Shown piece by piece: positions 45,601 through 55,681 of a stretch of DNA of 57,741 bases; position 1 is the first letter of the stretch, and each line of letters starts with the position of its first letter. The DNA is from a virus (lineage: Duplodnaviria > Caudoviricetes). The notes beneath the pieces were generated by a model. That model made no database searches, was not told where the DNA came from, and was given only the letters and a program-made list of their open reading frames with translations. Made by a program: the position numbers and the translations under genes. Location of the stretch: positions 1-57,741 of the IMG/VR virus record IMGVR_UViG_3300036859_000226; one strand, 5' to 3'.

Positions 45601-45945
45601 TCATCGAACGGTGCCGTAGGAGCTGAGGCCGAACTCGCGAGCCATCAGGTGTTCGACCAGCATCGCGAACCTATGCTCGTTGCGGTAGGGCGCCGCGGGA
45701 TGGTCGCCGGGCTCTTCGTCAGGGGCGTGATCGATCGTGCTGCCAAAGGCCGTGTCGAACCGATCGACAGCCTCCTGACTGATGCCCCGCGCCCGGCACA
45801 GCATCGCTTCGACCAACTCGTGCAACGCGAACAGAAATGTCTCGGGCTCGGCCAAGTCGGAGCCGATCACGCGAATGGTGAGATTGCCGGCGGTGTCGTA
45901 AAACCAATCCCCGGCCTGCGTCTCAGTGTGGTAGGGTGGGCGCAT
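45601..45945 (-). CDS. Hypothetical protein with HExxE motif (start uncertain)
   Basis: GDW, ALHELVE, EPGDHPAAPYRNEH. Confidence 0.65.
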   Translation of the reverse strand: MRPPYHTETQAGDWFYDTAGNLTIRVIGSDLAEPETFLFALHELVEAMLCRARGISQEAVDRFDTAFGSTIDHAPDEEPGDHPAAPYRNEHRFAMLVEHLMAREFGLSSYGTVR

Positions 45946-45982
45946 TGCCGATTGCGACACAGCTTCGAGGACGATCTGTCTC

Positions 45983-46246
45983 GTGGGATACTCTTTCCTG
46001 TTCGTCGCACTGGCCGTTGGCATTGCTGGGCCTATATTCTGGTGGGAGAAGCGCACAGGGCCGGGATGGGAACGCCAAGCGTTTGCAAAGCAGCAACGCG
46101 GCGAGCCGCTGACTGGGGCCGAATCATTATGGCTGGCCCGCATTGCCGACAACAGTCCCCGCCGGTCCAGCGACCGCCGCTCCTTGTCGGAATGGCTGTG
46201 CCATCATATTGCGCACCGCAGGGAACGCCGTCGCCCAACCGCGTAG
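45983..46246 (+). CDS. Small antisense membrane protein, possible superinfection exclusion
   Basis: GAGG SD, GTG start; N-terminal TM helix; overlaps the 3' end of the ejection gene. Confidence 0.45.
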   Translation: MGYSFLFVALAVGIAGPIFWWEKRTGPGWERQAFAKQQRGEPLTGAESLWLARIADNSPRRSSDRRSLSEWLCHHIAHRRERRRPTA

Positions 46247-48547
46247 GGCATTCATTCCAATTCCCGTGTATGGTGCCGTCGCGGCAAGCCCTCCCATCAA
46301 CATGCCGGGGCTGAAATACGCCGCCCCCCCTCCCGCCAGCAAGGCCATCGCCCGTTCGGTCAGCAACCGTTCCGGTGTCCCGCTATCAGGCACCGTGCGA
46401 GGCAACGTCGCCTCTGCCGCGTCCGACAAATCCTGCATCAACGCTTCGCCCTTGGCAAAATCGAGTTTGCGCAGCGACGGGTCGCTCTGCCGCACCGCCA
46501 TGCGCAATTGTGCCGGGCTAAACACCCCCTCTTTCGCTCCCGACGACGATGCAGCACGTCCGACCCGGACGAAATTGGCGTAGGCTTCATTCGCTGCCCT
46601 AAGATCCCCGGCATATTGCGGATTTTGCCGCATCAGCGTGGCTCGGAAGGCGGCGTGGAGATCATCAATGATGTGCCCGAGTTTCCGGTTGTCATGCATT
46701 GGATCGCTTTTGTAGCCCCGCGCCTCGGCGCCGAGCATGCTGTCGATCCCCTTGAGTTGATCCCCGCGAGCCGGCGCCGACACCTTGTCGAGCAGTTGCG
46801 ACCGCACGATTTCTGCAAATCGGCGTCGCTGCTCGGTTGGCAACTCGCTACGAGCACGCTGCGCCACCTGAACAAGATCGGTGACAAACTGCCTGTCCGC
46901 CTGTCCGACAAGGTTAGGCACGACGCGATTGTAGGCTGCGTCGATGACGTCATCCACGTACTGCGCTGCGTCGCGCCCAGGCAAGACACTGCGCGGCAAT
47001 GATTCCCCAAGCGGGGCCAGGACACGGTTCCAAGCCGCCCGATTGAAGTCCTCAATCGCCCGCCTCTGGCCGGCGCGCACCGCTTGCCCCACAATCGGGA
47101 CGCTCGAAAACGCATCCTCCATGCGCCTCGCCGCACCCCCCGCCATCTGTCCCGGGGTGAGCCTGATGCCCTCTTTGAGCATCGCATTGACTTGCGGCCG
47201 GAATGTCGGGGCGATGGCCTGGCCGATGCCATACCCGCCCGCTCCGAGCCCGCCACCGATAGCAGCACCAATGCCAGCCTCTTTTGCCTTCTCCCACCAA
47301 AATTGCTGGCCCGGCTTCTCCTCGATCGGCGTCAGCGCAGCCCCGGCAGCGCTTCCCACAGCCCCCGCCAGCGCGGCGCGCGCAAGGGTCGTGGGAGCCC
47401 CGCCGACAGCAGCAAGCGGCAGGGCCGCCACCATGCGCCCCGCGATGCGAGGAACATCGGTCCCGGTGTCGCCCGCAGATGCACGTTCCTGCGCTATATC
47501 GGCTTCCCGCTGTCGCTGCCGCTCAATGATCGGCTTACCCACAACCTCGGGCAAGACGTGAGCGAGCATTTGAAGCGGCCCCTCGACCGCTATATCACGC
47601 ACCCCGCTATAGAAATCCCCGCTCTGCTGAAGAGACCTTGGCGATTGTCCTTTCTGCAATGCCGGCAAATCGCCAAAAATGCCGAGAGCGCCGCTAACTA
47701 GCGAGGGCGCGCTCCCCGCCTTCGGTACCGGCGTAAAGTTGAACGGTCGCTCGTTGCCGTGCGTATCGGCGATCCAAGCCGGCGGCGTTTCACGTAAAAC
47801 GCCTTTGATGAAGACCGGGATCAACCCGTCAGTCCCCAACTCCTCCTCGGCGATGCGCGCCCTGTTCGACCCGTCGTGCCCGACGATCTTGACCTGGCCA
47901 CCCTTCTTTGCCGTCTCAAGCTCCGGCAGATCGGCAATCGCATCCCCACCCATCAGGCTCTTGAGCAATGAGCGGCGCTTCGTCGAACTCGGCGTTTCCT
48001 CGATCGCGGCGCGGTATTCGCCCGGCGTCATCCACCACACCGAACCGTCAGAGCGCGCCTGTGCGGCGGCTATCGCGGACGGCTCGACCCGCCATTTGCC
48101 GCCCTCGACGGCCGGGTCTTTGCCGTAGCCGCCGCCGATAGCACGCGCCAGCGCGGGATTGTACGGCGCCCACGGATTGTAGCCTTCTTCGTCGTACATC
48201 TTCTGAGCGACGGTCTGTTGCGCCTCGCGAGGGGCCGACATCGCAGTGGGGTATTTTTCGACATCGATGCCGAGTTTAGGACCATAATTCCGCCAGTTGG
48301 TATCGGTGATCTGCCAATAGCCGCTCGCCGTGTGCGTTTTGTCGTAGCGGTAATTCGGCAAGTTTTTGCCACCCGACTCGTATCGTTCGATTACAGAGAG
48401 CGGCGGCGGCAGTGGCGTGACCGGCGCGACGTAAGGGACATCACGCCCCAACTGCGGATCGTATATCGTCTGCGCCGGCTTCGGCGATTGCCTCTGCCAC
48501 GCGTCAGGTGCCGCGAGTGGTTCTGTGGGATCGTCGCCGTAGGGCAT
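46127..48547 (-). CDS. DNA ejection/internal virion protein with Rpf-like lytic transglycosylase domain
   Basis: IERYESGG..ASGYWQITDTNW...APREAQ..VAQKMY..GYNPW; LTPGQ; VPDSGTPERL. Confidence 0.85.
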   Translation of the reverse strand: MPYGDDPTEPLAAPDAWQRQSPKPAQTIYDPQLGRDVPYVAPVTPLPPPLSVIERYESGGKNLPNYRYDKTHTASGYWQITDTNWRNYGPKLGIDVEKYPTAMSAPREAQQTVAQKMYDEEGYNPWAPYNPALARAIGGGYGKDPAVEGGKWRVEPSAIAAAQARSDGSVWWMTPGEYRAAIEETPSSTKRRSLLKSLMGGDAIADLPELETAKKGGQVKIVGHDGSNRARIAEEELGTDGLIPVFIKGVLRETPPAWIADTHGNERPFNFTPVPKAGSAPSLVSGALGIFGDLPALQKGQSPRSLQQSGDFYSGVRDIAVEGPLQMLAHVLPEVVGKPIIERQRQREADIAQERASAGDTGTDVPRIAGRMVAALPLAAVGGAPTTLARAALAGAVGSAAGAALTPIEEKPGQQFWWEKAKEAGIGAAIGGGLGAGGYGIGQAIAPTFRPQVNAMLKEGIRLTPGQMAGGAARRMEDAFSSVPIVGQAVRAGQRRAIEDFNRAAWNRVLAPLGESLPRSVLPGRDAAQYVDDVIDAAYNRVVPNLVGQADRQFVTDLVQVAQRARSELPTEQRRRFAEIVRSQLLDKVSAPARGDQLKGIDSMLGAEARGYKSDPMHDNRKLGHIIDDLHAAFRATLMRQNPQYAGDLRAANEAYANFVRVGRAASSSGAKEGVFSPAQLRMAVRQSDPSLRKLDFAKGEALMQDLSDAAEATLPRTVPDSGTPERLLTERAMALLAGGGAAYFSPGMLMGGLAATAPYTGIGMNALRGWATAFPAVRNMMAQPFRQGAAVAGPAGTVVGNAGQP
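47786..47801. promoter_or_regulatory. parS-like site CGTTTCACGTAAAACG
   Basis: One mismatch from GTTTCACGTGAAAC, within a 20-bp near-palindrome. Confidence 0.55.
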
Positions 48548-48549
48548 GG

Positions 48550-50295
48550 CTATGGCTTGTACATGACACGGGGGTTGCCGGGCACCCGATAGGCAGAACC
48601 CGATGGCAAGGCGTTGTACTGTTCCTCAGTGACCTCGGGCGCGCTGCCGCGCCCCGCTGGCTGCGGCGACACAGCGCCCCCCGGCGCCGGCGGTGGCTCG
48701 ATCGTGTCGGATGGAGCGCCAGGCGATGCAGTAGGCGAGCCTGCCGATGCAGGAGGCAAGGGTGCAGGCTCTCCCCGCGTCCCCTGCGGGCGCAAACCCC
48801 GCAGCGACAGAATTTCCTCGCCCCTCGGCAGAGCCGACAGCGTTTTCTTTGCCGATGGCGTCAGCAACTCCGTCACGTCCGCTGTCGGCCCCATGCCGCG
48901 TCGGTACTGTTCGCCGATCGCATCGACGCGCGACGCCAACAGATCGACACCCTGCCCAATCGCAGCGTGTAGCGACGACGGAGAATCAATGTCGCTCAGG
49001 CTCTTTTCCCAATCCTTGATGTCTGACACGTTGCCGCCAGTCCCGCGGAATGCGCGCGTCAATTCGGTTGCCACCGCCTGTTTCGCGACGTTGAACTCCT
49101 TCTGCGCTTCCTGAAACCGGGTATTGCCGCCGGCATAATTCAGCCAATTCGACGCCATGTTCCAGTAGGGGAAATTGCTGTTGTTCAGCTTCTCAACAGC
49201 CCTGTTCAAATTCCCCATGTGGCCGATCGCCGTATTGACTGACGTGAGATTTTGCGACGACTTCCCGGACGTAAAGTCTCGCCTTGTGCTAGCCCTGGCG
49301 TTGTAGTTGACTGCATCGAAATCGGGATCGTATTGCGTGATGTCGGCAACCATCTTCTGCCAGTACGGCGAGCGGAGTGAAAAACTGCCGGGGAAGGCTA
49401 TGCGCCCCTCGGCATACCCTTTGATCTGAGCCGCCCGCGAGGCCGGCAGCGCCTTCAGATATTCCTCGCCGCGCAAATCTGTCGGCCCGGTCGGGACACC
49501 AGCAGCGCTGGCATCCTCATCCCCCTTCGTGCCGATCTTCCGCACCCCACCCGCGACCTTGACGGGTTCGCCTTGTGCATTTCTGAAGCCCGTCTCCCCG
49601 CCATAAGCCAGCGGGACATTCTTCGTCACCGTGCCGTCGGCATTCTTTACGTCGCCGACGAAGGTCGGGACGTTCGCTTTCCGCACGGCGTCGAGCCGTT
49701 TCACGTCAAGCTCTGTTTCCTGCCGCTGCTCGGCGCGCTGCTGTGCCGGGGATTGGATCGCCTTCGACCCCAGGACCGCCGCGCGCAGCCGCTCGGGATC
49801 TTTCGGGCCCCGGCTCAATTGGTCGATGTATTGCGGGCTATACCGACCGCTCGTGCGCATCTCTTGCATTTTGGCGTCGGCGGCCGCATCGAACTTCTGT
49901 TTTGCTGCCTCGGGCGTCATCGTCTTCAGGTCAGCATCGTAAACGGCAACCAGCGGCGCCAACTCGTCGGTCGCAGACGCGCGCTCCGCCTCGTTGAACT
50001 TCATGACGTTCATCTGGGTCGCTTGCCGCTGCTGACCGATTTTGGCCTGCGCCTCCATCAGGTCCAGAGCGGCCGGCGGATAGACGCCGCCGAGTTGGCT
50101 TATCGCTTCCGGCTTCAGCAGCCCGTTTTGCAGGTTGTCGGGGTTGCGGAACAACTCGGCCAGAGCGTTATAGCCGGCCTGCTGCTGCTGCGCCTGCTGC
50201 AACTTGAGACGCAATGCCTGGTTCTGAAGCGGCGTCGTCCCGCTGAGATCGGGCGGCTTCTGTAGGAGGTTCCACCAGGGGATCAATTCGGGCAT
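48550..50295 (-). CDS. DNA ejection protein (P22 gp20-like position)
   Basis: Gln/Ala-rich; C-terminal EEQYNALPSGSAY..PG. Confidence 0.75.
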   Translation of the reverse strand: MPELIPWWNLLQKPPDLSGTTPLQNQALRLKLQQAQQQQAGYNALAELFRNPDNLQNGLLKPEAISQLGGVYPPAALDLMEAQAKIGQQRQATQMNVMKFNEAERASATDELAPLVAVYDADLKTMTPEAAKQKFDAAADAKMQEMRTSGRYSPQYIDQLSRGPKDPERLRAAVLGSKAIQSPAQQRAEQRQETELDVKRLDAVRKANVPTFVGDVKNADGTVTKNVPLAYGGETGFRNAQGEPVKVAGGVRKIGTKGDEDASAAGVPTGPTDLRGEEYLKALPASRAAQIKGYAEGRIAFPGSFSLRSPYWQKMVADITQYDPDFDAVNYNARASTRRDFTSGKSSQNLTSVNTAIGHMGNLNRAVEKLNNSNFPYWNMASNWLNYAGGNTRFQEAQKEFNVAKQAVATELTRAFRGTGGNVSDIKDWEKSLSDIDSPSSLHAAIGQGVDLLASRVDAIGEQYRRGMGPTADVTELLTPSAKKTLSALPRGEEILSLRGLRPQGTRGEPAPLPPASAGSPTASPGAPSDTIEPPPAPGGAVSPQPAGRGSAPEVTEEQYNALPSGSAYRVPGNPRVMYKP

Positions 50296-50300
50296 TGTCC

Positions 50301-51161
50301 TCAGAAACCCCCGGCAAAGTCACCGCTCGGCGTCAGGAATTGTGACCCATACGGCGTCGCGCCGCTTGGGAAACCGCCACCTCCACCCCCGCCGCCGATC
50401 CCGAGAGCGCCGAACAGGGCGCCGAAATCGATGTTGTTGAGTGCCCCGCCGATCCCGCTCGACAACGCGTTGCTCTGCCCGAGAATGCCAGCCGCCTGCG
50501 AGGAGCCCAGCGTCCCCAGCAATCCGCCGATGTTGTTGACTGCGCTCTGCCCGAAGCCGCCAAGTTGCGCCGCAGCGTTCTGCCCGGCTCCGGCGAGCGA
50601 ACCGAGCCCGCCGATGATTGTCGATCGCTGGTTCGCGATGTCGCTGTACCGGTTGGCGTAATTACCGAGTACCGCATTGTAGTTGTTCCACCAGTCGTTG
50701 TTCGCCAAGCCGGTCGCGTTGCCCTGCAATGCCCGAAGCATGTTGCCGGACACCGCCCCGGTGCGCCCAGCGGCGCTGTTCTGGATCGCATTCCCCGATT
50801 GCTGCAAGGCGTATTGGTAGCCGGGCGACGCGCGGAACGCATCGCGCAGGGCCGGATCATTCGGATTTGGCGGTGCCCCCACCGTCGCCGAGATCGGCTG
50901 CAAAAACGGCGCGTTCGGATCGTAGCCGCCCTCCGGGTTGATGCCAAAATAGTTGCGCCCCAAAACCGTGCCAGCCGTCGTCCCCATCTTGAGGAACGGC
51001 AGCATCTTGGCGGCGATGTCCTTGTATTCCATCTCCTGTAGCTGGATCGCGCGATTGATCGCGGCTGATTGTGCGTTGGACGCATCTTTCGCCGAACTCC
51101 CGCCGAAAATGCCGCCGAGCAACGATCCGGCACCGGAGATGAGGCCGCCGAAGAAAGGCAT
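50301..51161 (-). CDS. DNA transfer protein (P22 gp7-like)
   Basis: Gly-rich N-terminus; SPGYQYALQQS..AIQNSAAGR.G..SGN.LRALQ. Confidence 0.85.
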   Translation of the reverse strand: MPFFGGLISGAGSLLGGIFGGSSAKDASNAQSAAINRAIQLQEMEYKDIAAKMLPFLKMGTTAGTVLGRNYFGINPEGGYDPNAPFLQPISATVGAPPNPNDPALRDAFRASPGYQYALQQSGNAIQNSAAGRTGAVSGNMLRALQGNATGLANNDWWNNYNAVLGNYANRYSDIANQRSTIIGGLGSLAGAGQNAAAQLGGFGQSAVNNIGGLLGTLGSSQAAGILGQSNALSSGIGGALNNIDFGALFGALGIGGGGGGGGFPSGATPYGSQFLTPSGDFAGGF

Positions 51162-51162
51162 G

Positions 51163-51567
51163 TCAGAACCCTACCCTATGCTCATCGAGAACCGCTGCGA
51201 CCTGGGGATGCAACGCATTGTGGATGCAGAGAACCGTCGTGTCGTTCTCGATCGTCTGGAACGTGTGTTTGACGCCCGCCTTGACGAACAGGCAGGCGGG
51301 GCCGTCATGGCGCCCATCGAGCACGCCGTCGCGCCACAGGTACACCGCCCCGGTCACGATCATCGTCGTGTGATCCCAAACGTGCGCGTGCTGTGCGACG
51401 ATCGAGCCGGCCACCGGGAACGTGTAACGCTTGATCCAAATGCCATCGGCCGTTGTTACCTCGTAGCCGCCCTCGTCGATGTCGAGCGGCACGCCGGTAA
51501 CGCGCGCAAGATCGACCGGGCGGCCTTCTCGAACGGCATCGATCGTGGCGCGCTCGGCCTCGGTCAT
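51163..51567 (-). CDS. Cupin-fold protein
   Basis: QHAHVWDH...GVKHTF...CIH. Confidence 0.75.
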   Translation of the reverse strand: MTEAERATIDAVREGRPVDLARVTGVPLDIDEGGYEVTTADGIWIKRYTFPVAGSIVAQHAHVWDHTTMIVTGAVYLWRDGVLDGRHDGPACLFVKAGVKHTFQTIENDTTVLCIHNALHPQVAAVLDEHRVGF

Positions 51568-51917
51568 TGCGTCCATCCACTGGCCACGAGGTTGATTGCC
51601 GTCGCCGTGTCGCTCAGCGCGTGCAGGGCGTCGCCCGGTCGCAGGACAAGCCCAGCGAGCGCATTGAGCACGGTCGGCTCCACTGGCCCAGCCGAAATGC
51701 TTTGTCCTGCCGCCGCTGCGCCGACGATGATGTTGGCGTCGGCCCGCGCGCCGCCGCTGCGCACGATCCACAACTTCAACGTCGCCGCTCCCGCCGTGAC
51801 GTTAGTCGCCACCGCTCGGGTGATGACCGACGTGGTATTGGCCGGTGACGTGTAAACGGCCCCCGCCGATGTCGCCGCCTGAACCGGACCAAAAAGCGCG
51901 CTCGGGCTTATCGTCAT
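51564..51917 (-). CDS. Probable minor tail protein
   Basis: YTSPANT...LVLRPGD; tail cluster. Confidence 0.7.
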   Translation of the reverse strand: MTISPSALFGPVQAATSAGAVYTSPANTTSVITRAVATNVTAGAATLKLWIVRSGGARADANIIVGAAAAGQSISAGPVEPTVLNALAGLVLRPGDALHALSDTATAINLVASGWTQ

Positions 51918-52258
51918 GCCGGCATCCCCAAGCTCAATGCACGCATCACGATCTGATCCGCCGACACGCCGTCCGGCGGGACCTGAACAACAACCCCAGA
52001 AAGCGTCGGATCGCCCGGCTGATCGGCAACGCCCTGTTGGCCGATGATCGCGCTAAGCAAGTCAACCGGGATCGGCGGCACATCGGGCGGCACAAACGGA
52101 AAGATTGTCGAGACATCGATCTGCCCTTGCTGTGCCAGCGCAACCTGAAACACCTGGTTGAACCACAGCCACCATTCGCGAGCGCATCGCCCGGTCTGCG
52201 GATCGGCGATCGGCACGTTGGGGATCGGCGGGATGATGGGCTCTTGTGAGGTAATCAT
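51914..52258 (-). CDS. Probable tail-needle-position protein
   Basis: PIADPQTGRCAREWWLWF; follows the gp10-like gene. Confidence 0.65.
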   Translation of the reverse strand: MITSQEPIIPPIPNVPIADPQTGRCAREWWLWFNQVFQVALAQQGQIDVSTIFPFVPPDVPPIPVDLLSAIIGQQGVADQPGDPTLSGVVVQVPPDGVSADQIVMRALSLGMPA

Positions 52259-53949
52259 GCCGCGTCAAGCTCCGCGTCGATGATCGCCACCGGGAACGGG
52301 TCCGCAGACGACACCTCGAATATCCGGTCCAGCCCAGTATTGCGCCGCGTTGCCCCCAACCGCCGGAACATGACGCGGCGCGCCGTCTCGCCCGTCTGCC
52401 CCACGGCGGCCAAGTGCTCGTTCGACCACACATGGCCGCCATCGTCCGACCACCGGAGCATGATCTGAGGATTGGTCCCGTCCGGCACGCCGATGCCGGT
52501 CTGCACGTCGAGCCGCAGCGCGTTGAAGCGCACCGGTTCCTCGCTTGGCTTCTGCAACGCCCGCCACGATCGCAGCCACTTTCGTTGCGTCCCGTTATCG
52601 GTAAGCGTGTCGAGGTCCAACCCATAGAGGTTGCCGTTGCGGTAATCTCCGACCACCGCCTTGCCGGCGAACGTCGCGTGGTATTGTCCCCAGTGCCGAT
52701 GGAAAAGGCCGCTCGCGAGGGCCGCGCGCTGGTGCCAAACCGGCTCCCCCAGTTGCGCCGACGCTGCCACGTCGTAAACCCAAGTCGCATCTCCCGTCGG
52801 GAAATTAAGCACATAAAAGACGTGCCCGCCCTGCTGGTAGCAGTAGCCGTTGGCATCGGTCACGCTGCTGTACCGGCCGATCGCGGTTTCGAGCGCATGC
52901 GTCGAGATGCGCCGCGCGTCATGGCCGCGCGTCTGCACCACGATCCGTTCGCCCGACGAGTTGCGGCCGAGCCAATAAAGGCTCTCGCCGCTCTGCGCCA
53001 ACGACTCCACGGCCTCGATGCCGATTTCGATGTAGGGGCCGGGCAGCAGCGCAAAGGCGAAGTTGGGCGTCCCCGCGTTGTACCATATTTCGGAGTGCAA
53101 CTCCTTGATGACCCAGATTTCCCGAATGATCTGCGCGACACTCACCACGTTGTCGGGATCGCCCGACGACTCTCCAAATTGCAACGCCGGCCAGGACGAG
53201 AGGTCTAGCAGGTCGGATTGGAAGATAAACCCGGTTCCGGGCTGGTTGATGATGCCGAACCCGTCCTGATAGGCCGCCCGGATCGGCGTCGGCCCCGTTG
53301 CGAACGGCAAGACAATCGGAAACAGTTGCGATGCGCCATAGGTCGGCGCGGTGAGCACAAGCCCAGATCCGGCCCCTGTCGTCGCCGCCTGCGAAAAACT
53401 CGCCGGGTTGGCCGTGAACGAGCCGCCAGAAACCACCGCAAACGCCGTGACCCCGCCCGCACCGTCCACCGCCGTCACGCGCACGGAGGCTGTCGCGACC
53501 TGCACGCCACCCGTTTGAACGAGCGTAATCACGTCGTTGACGGCGTTTCCCGTACCGGCAGTGCCGATCGTCGCCCCGGTCAGCGGCCTCCCCGGCGGCG
53601 CGATGAACCCGACCGAGCCGCTGAACACAGCGAGTTGCGTGCCGTTGTTGATCATGCTGACCGCGCCCGCCGACGCCACAGTGCCGAGAACCACAGAGGC
53701 AAAGGTCGCGTCGACCGCATAGAGCGTGTTCCCCGACACGACGTAGAGTTTCCCCGCCATGACGTGCATGCCGCGGATCGGCCCCGCTCCGAGCGTCGCC
53801 AGCAAATCGAGCCCTGGGCAGCCGTAGAGCGCGCCGACCGCTTTCCCGTCCTTCGTCTCGACGATCTCGGGATAAAGGTTGACGAGCCGGTTGTCGGCAA
53901 GATTGCTCGACCGGCTGACATCGAAGGGGCCAAAAATCGGGGTTTTCAT
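52255..53949 (-). CDS. Packaged-DNA stabilisation / tail hub protein (P22 gp10-like)
   Basis: [51 protein letters not shown]. Confidence 0.9.
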   Translation of the reverse strand: MKTPIFGPFDVSRSSNLADNRLVNLYPEIVETKDGKAVGALYGCPGLDLLATLGAGPIRGMHVMAGKLYVVSGNTLYAVDATFASVVLGTVASAGAVSMINNGTQLAVFSGSVGFIAPPGRPLTGATIGTAGTGNAVNDVITLVQTGGVQVATASVRVTAVDGAGGVTAFAVVSGGSFTANPASFSQAATTGAGSGLVLTAPTYGASQLFPIVLPFATGPTPIRAAYQDGFGIINQPGTGFIFQSDLLDLSSWPALQFGESSGDPDNVVSVAQIIREIWVIKELHSEIWYNAGTPNFAFALLPGPYIEIGIEAVESLAQSGESLYWLGRNSSGERIVVQTRGHDARRISTHALETAIGRYSSVTDANGYCYQQGGHVFYVLNFPTGDATWVYDVAASAQLGEPVWHQRAALASGLFHRHWGQYHATFAGKAVVGDYRNGNLYGLDLDTLTDNGTQRKWLRSWRALQKPSEEPVRFNALRLDVQTGIGVPDGTNPQIMLRWSDDGGHVWSNEHLAAVGQTGETARRVMFRRLGATRRNTGLDRIFEVSSADPFPVAIIDAELDAA

Positions 53950-54539
53950 CGAGGCGACCACCCCAACTTGACGAGGCGTTTCGCTTCTTTATGCCCCACA
54001 AGAACCTCATGCCGTGGCGACATCAAGGTAGCCTCGAAAATCATCCAAACGCCCCGGTTATTGGCCTGCTGCGTGTCTGTTGCCCAGCGGCAATTTTCGG
54101 GAGAATACCCGCGATTGTTGTCTATCCGATCAATTGATTTGTGAAGCGGAACCTCACCCATGTCGTCGAGGAACGCCTGAAACTCTCTCCATCGATCACA
54201 AACTCTGATCCCACGATCCCTATAGAGCGGATTTGCCCGGCAGCGCCGGATCATCGCATACCAGATGGCATACGTTCGCGCTTTCTGGCCTTTCACTGTG
54301 GTAACGCCGCGAGACCTCCCATGTCTCGTCTTGGCCTTAGCAATTCTGGCCCCGCGCGTGCATCCACAAGATTTTGATACCCCCGTGCGAAGCGTTTGTG
54401 CGGCAACAGCCCTTTCGGTTCCACAAATACACCGGCAATTCCATATGGTTTGCTTACTATTCCCATTCGCGGCACGGCTAACAACTATCCAATCTCCGAA
54501 TACCTTGCCAGTCAAGTCGATCAAAGCCCATTTCGCCAT
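53946..54539 (-). CDS. HNH endonuclease
   Basis: [49 protein letters not shown]; lower GC. Confidence 0.9.
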   Translation of the reverse strand: MAKWALIDLTGKVFGDWIVVSRAANGNSKQTIWNCRCICGTERAVAAQTLRTGVSKSCGCTRGARIAKAKTRHGRSRGVTTVKGQKARTYAIWYAMIRRCRANPLYRDRGIRVCDRWREFQAFLDDMGEVPLHKSIDRIDNNRGYSPENCRWATDTQQANNRGVWMIFEATLMSPRHEVLVGHKEAKRLVKLGWSPR

Positions 54540-54615
54540 AGGACACCTCCGCATTATTGCGGGTTGTATTCTAACTGACTTCTGATGGTTTGTATATATC
54601 ATTTATCAAACACTG

Positions 54616-55356
54616 TCAGCGCCAGCTGTCCGAATAGATGTTGTAGACAGCCCCGCCCCTCGCCGTCAGAACCTTCTCGAACTGCGCGATGTTGAGCCGG
54701 AGATTTGAGCGCTTGATATTGCCCTTCGACCGCGCTGCCGTCGCGAGTAACAGTTGCGGGATAGCATAATTGTCGCCCTTGAAGTACGGTGCCGCCTCCA
54801 CCGCAAGGTTGTCCTGGATCGCCTTCACATAACCGGGCGGCAGGCTGACGGCACTCGTCAGGCCAAGAAACTCTGAAAGCTGAAGGTAGCTGTTCCAGTG
54901 CAGCACGACGCCGAGCCCGCCAGCGTAGTTCGGCCACACGTTGATGATCCCCAAGGGGAACTGCGGGTCATAGAAGATCGTGCTCGGTAGGTTGGAGTTG
55001 ATCTGCGTGATGTTCCACAGCTGGTTCCACTTGTCCTGCGGCACCACGTCAATCGGATAGCGGTTGCCGTTGACATCGACGAGGAAGGCCGCGCCAGGAC
55101 CATCAAGAATGCGGATCGGACGCGTCATGTTGAAATTGCCGCCCGTACCGATCGTGTAGGCCGTCTGCCCGACAACGAGCTGGGCGCTCTGTTCCAAAAC
55201 GGCAAAAGTCGTCAGCGTCTCGGTCGACCACGAATCGATCATGTCGTTGAGGACTTTGAGGAAGCGCGCGCTGTCAGCCGCGGAGATCGTCTCTCCCGGC
55301 GCGTAGACGCCAAGCCGCTCGGCGGCGTCCTGGATCATGTCGAGCGCAGTCGTCAT
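54616..55356 (-). CDS. Head-tail adaptor (P22 gp4-like position)
   Basis: TTALDMIQDA..LGV..GE, LNDMIDSW, LPPGY..AI..NLAVE. Confidence 0.85.
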   Translation of the reverse strand: MTTALDMIQDAAERLGVYAPGETISAADSARFLKVLNDMIDSWSTETLTTFAVLEQSAQLVVGQTAYTIGTGGNFNMTRPIRILDGPGAAFLVDVNGNRYPIDVVPQDKWNQLWNITQINSNLPSTIFYDPQFPLGIINVWPNYAGGLGVVLHWNSYLQLSEFLGLTSAVSLPPGYVKAIQDNLAVEAAPYFKGDNYAIPQLLLATAARSKGNIKRSNLRLNIAQFEKVLTARGGAVYNIYSDSWR

Positions 55357-55359
55357 GCC

Positions 55360-55551
55360 TCATGTCTTCCTCGACCGCTTACTCTTCGCGGCCGATTTCG
55401 CTGCGGCAGCATTGCCGGCCGCGACTGCGCGCCCCTCATCGCCCGTCTGCGCCAACACGCTGTTCGCCGCATGCGCAAACGCCCGAGACGCCTTTGGTTT
55501 GCCGGCGGCTTTCTTTGTGTGACGGCTGGCATCTTTTGCAGACCAGGGCAT
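55360..55551 (-). CDS. Small basic protein, ChaB-like
   Basis: MPWS...FAHAANSVL..DEGRAVAAGNA. Confidence 0.65.
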   Translation of the reverse strand: MPWSAKDASRHTKKAAGKPKASRAFAHAANSVLAQTGDEGRAVAAGNAAAAKSAAKSKRSRKT

Positions 55552-55555
55552 GCGT

Positions 55556-55681
55556 TCAGTATCCCTTTGGCCGACCGCCCTTCGGCATACCCTTCATCCC
55601 CTTCCCCATGCCAGGGATCGGCTTTGGCATCGTCGGCGCGGGCGCCATCGGCCCCTTACGCGGCTTCGGTTTGCTTTTCAC
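55556..55681 (-). CDS. Tiny Lys/Pro/Met/Gly-rich peptide (41 aa)
   Basis: GAGGAGG SD, GTG start; ...GMGKGMKGMPKGGRPKGY. Confidence 0.55.
   Translation of the reverse strand: MKSKPKPRKGPMAPAPTMPKPIPGMGKGMKGMPKGGRPKGY

Noticed and set aside
49698-49711. GTTTCACGTCAAGC as a sixth parS site
   Set aside because: Two mismatches in one arm, which is plausible by chance.
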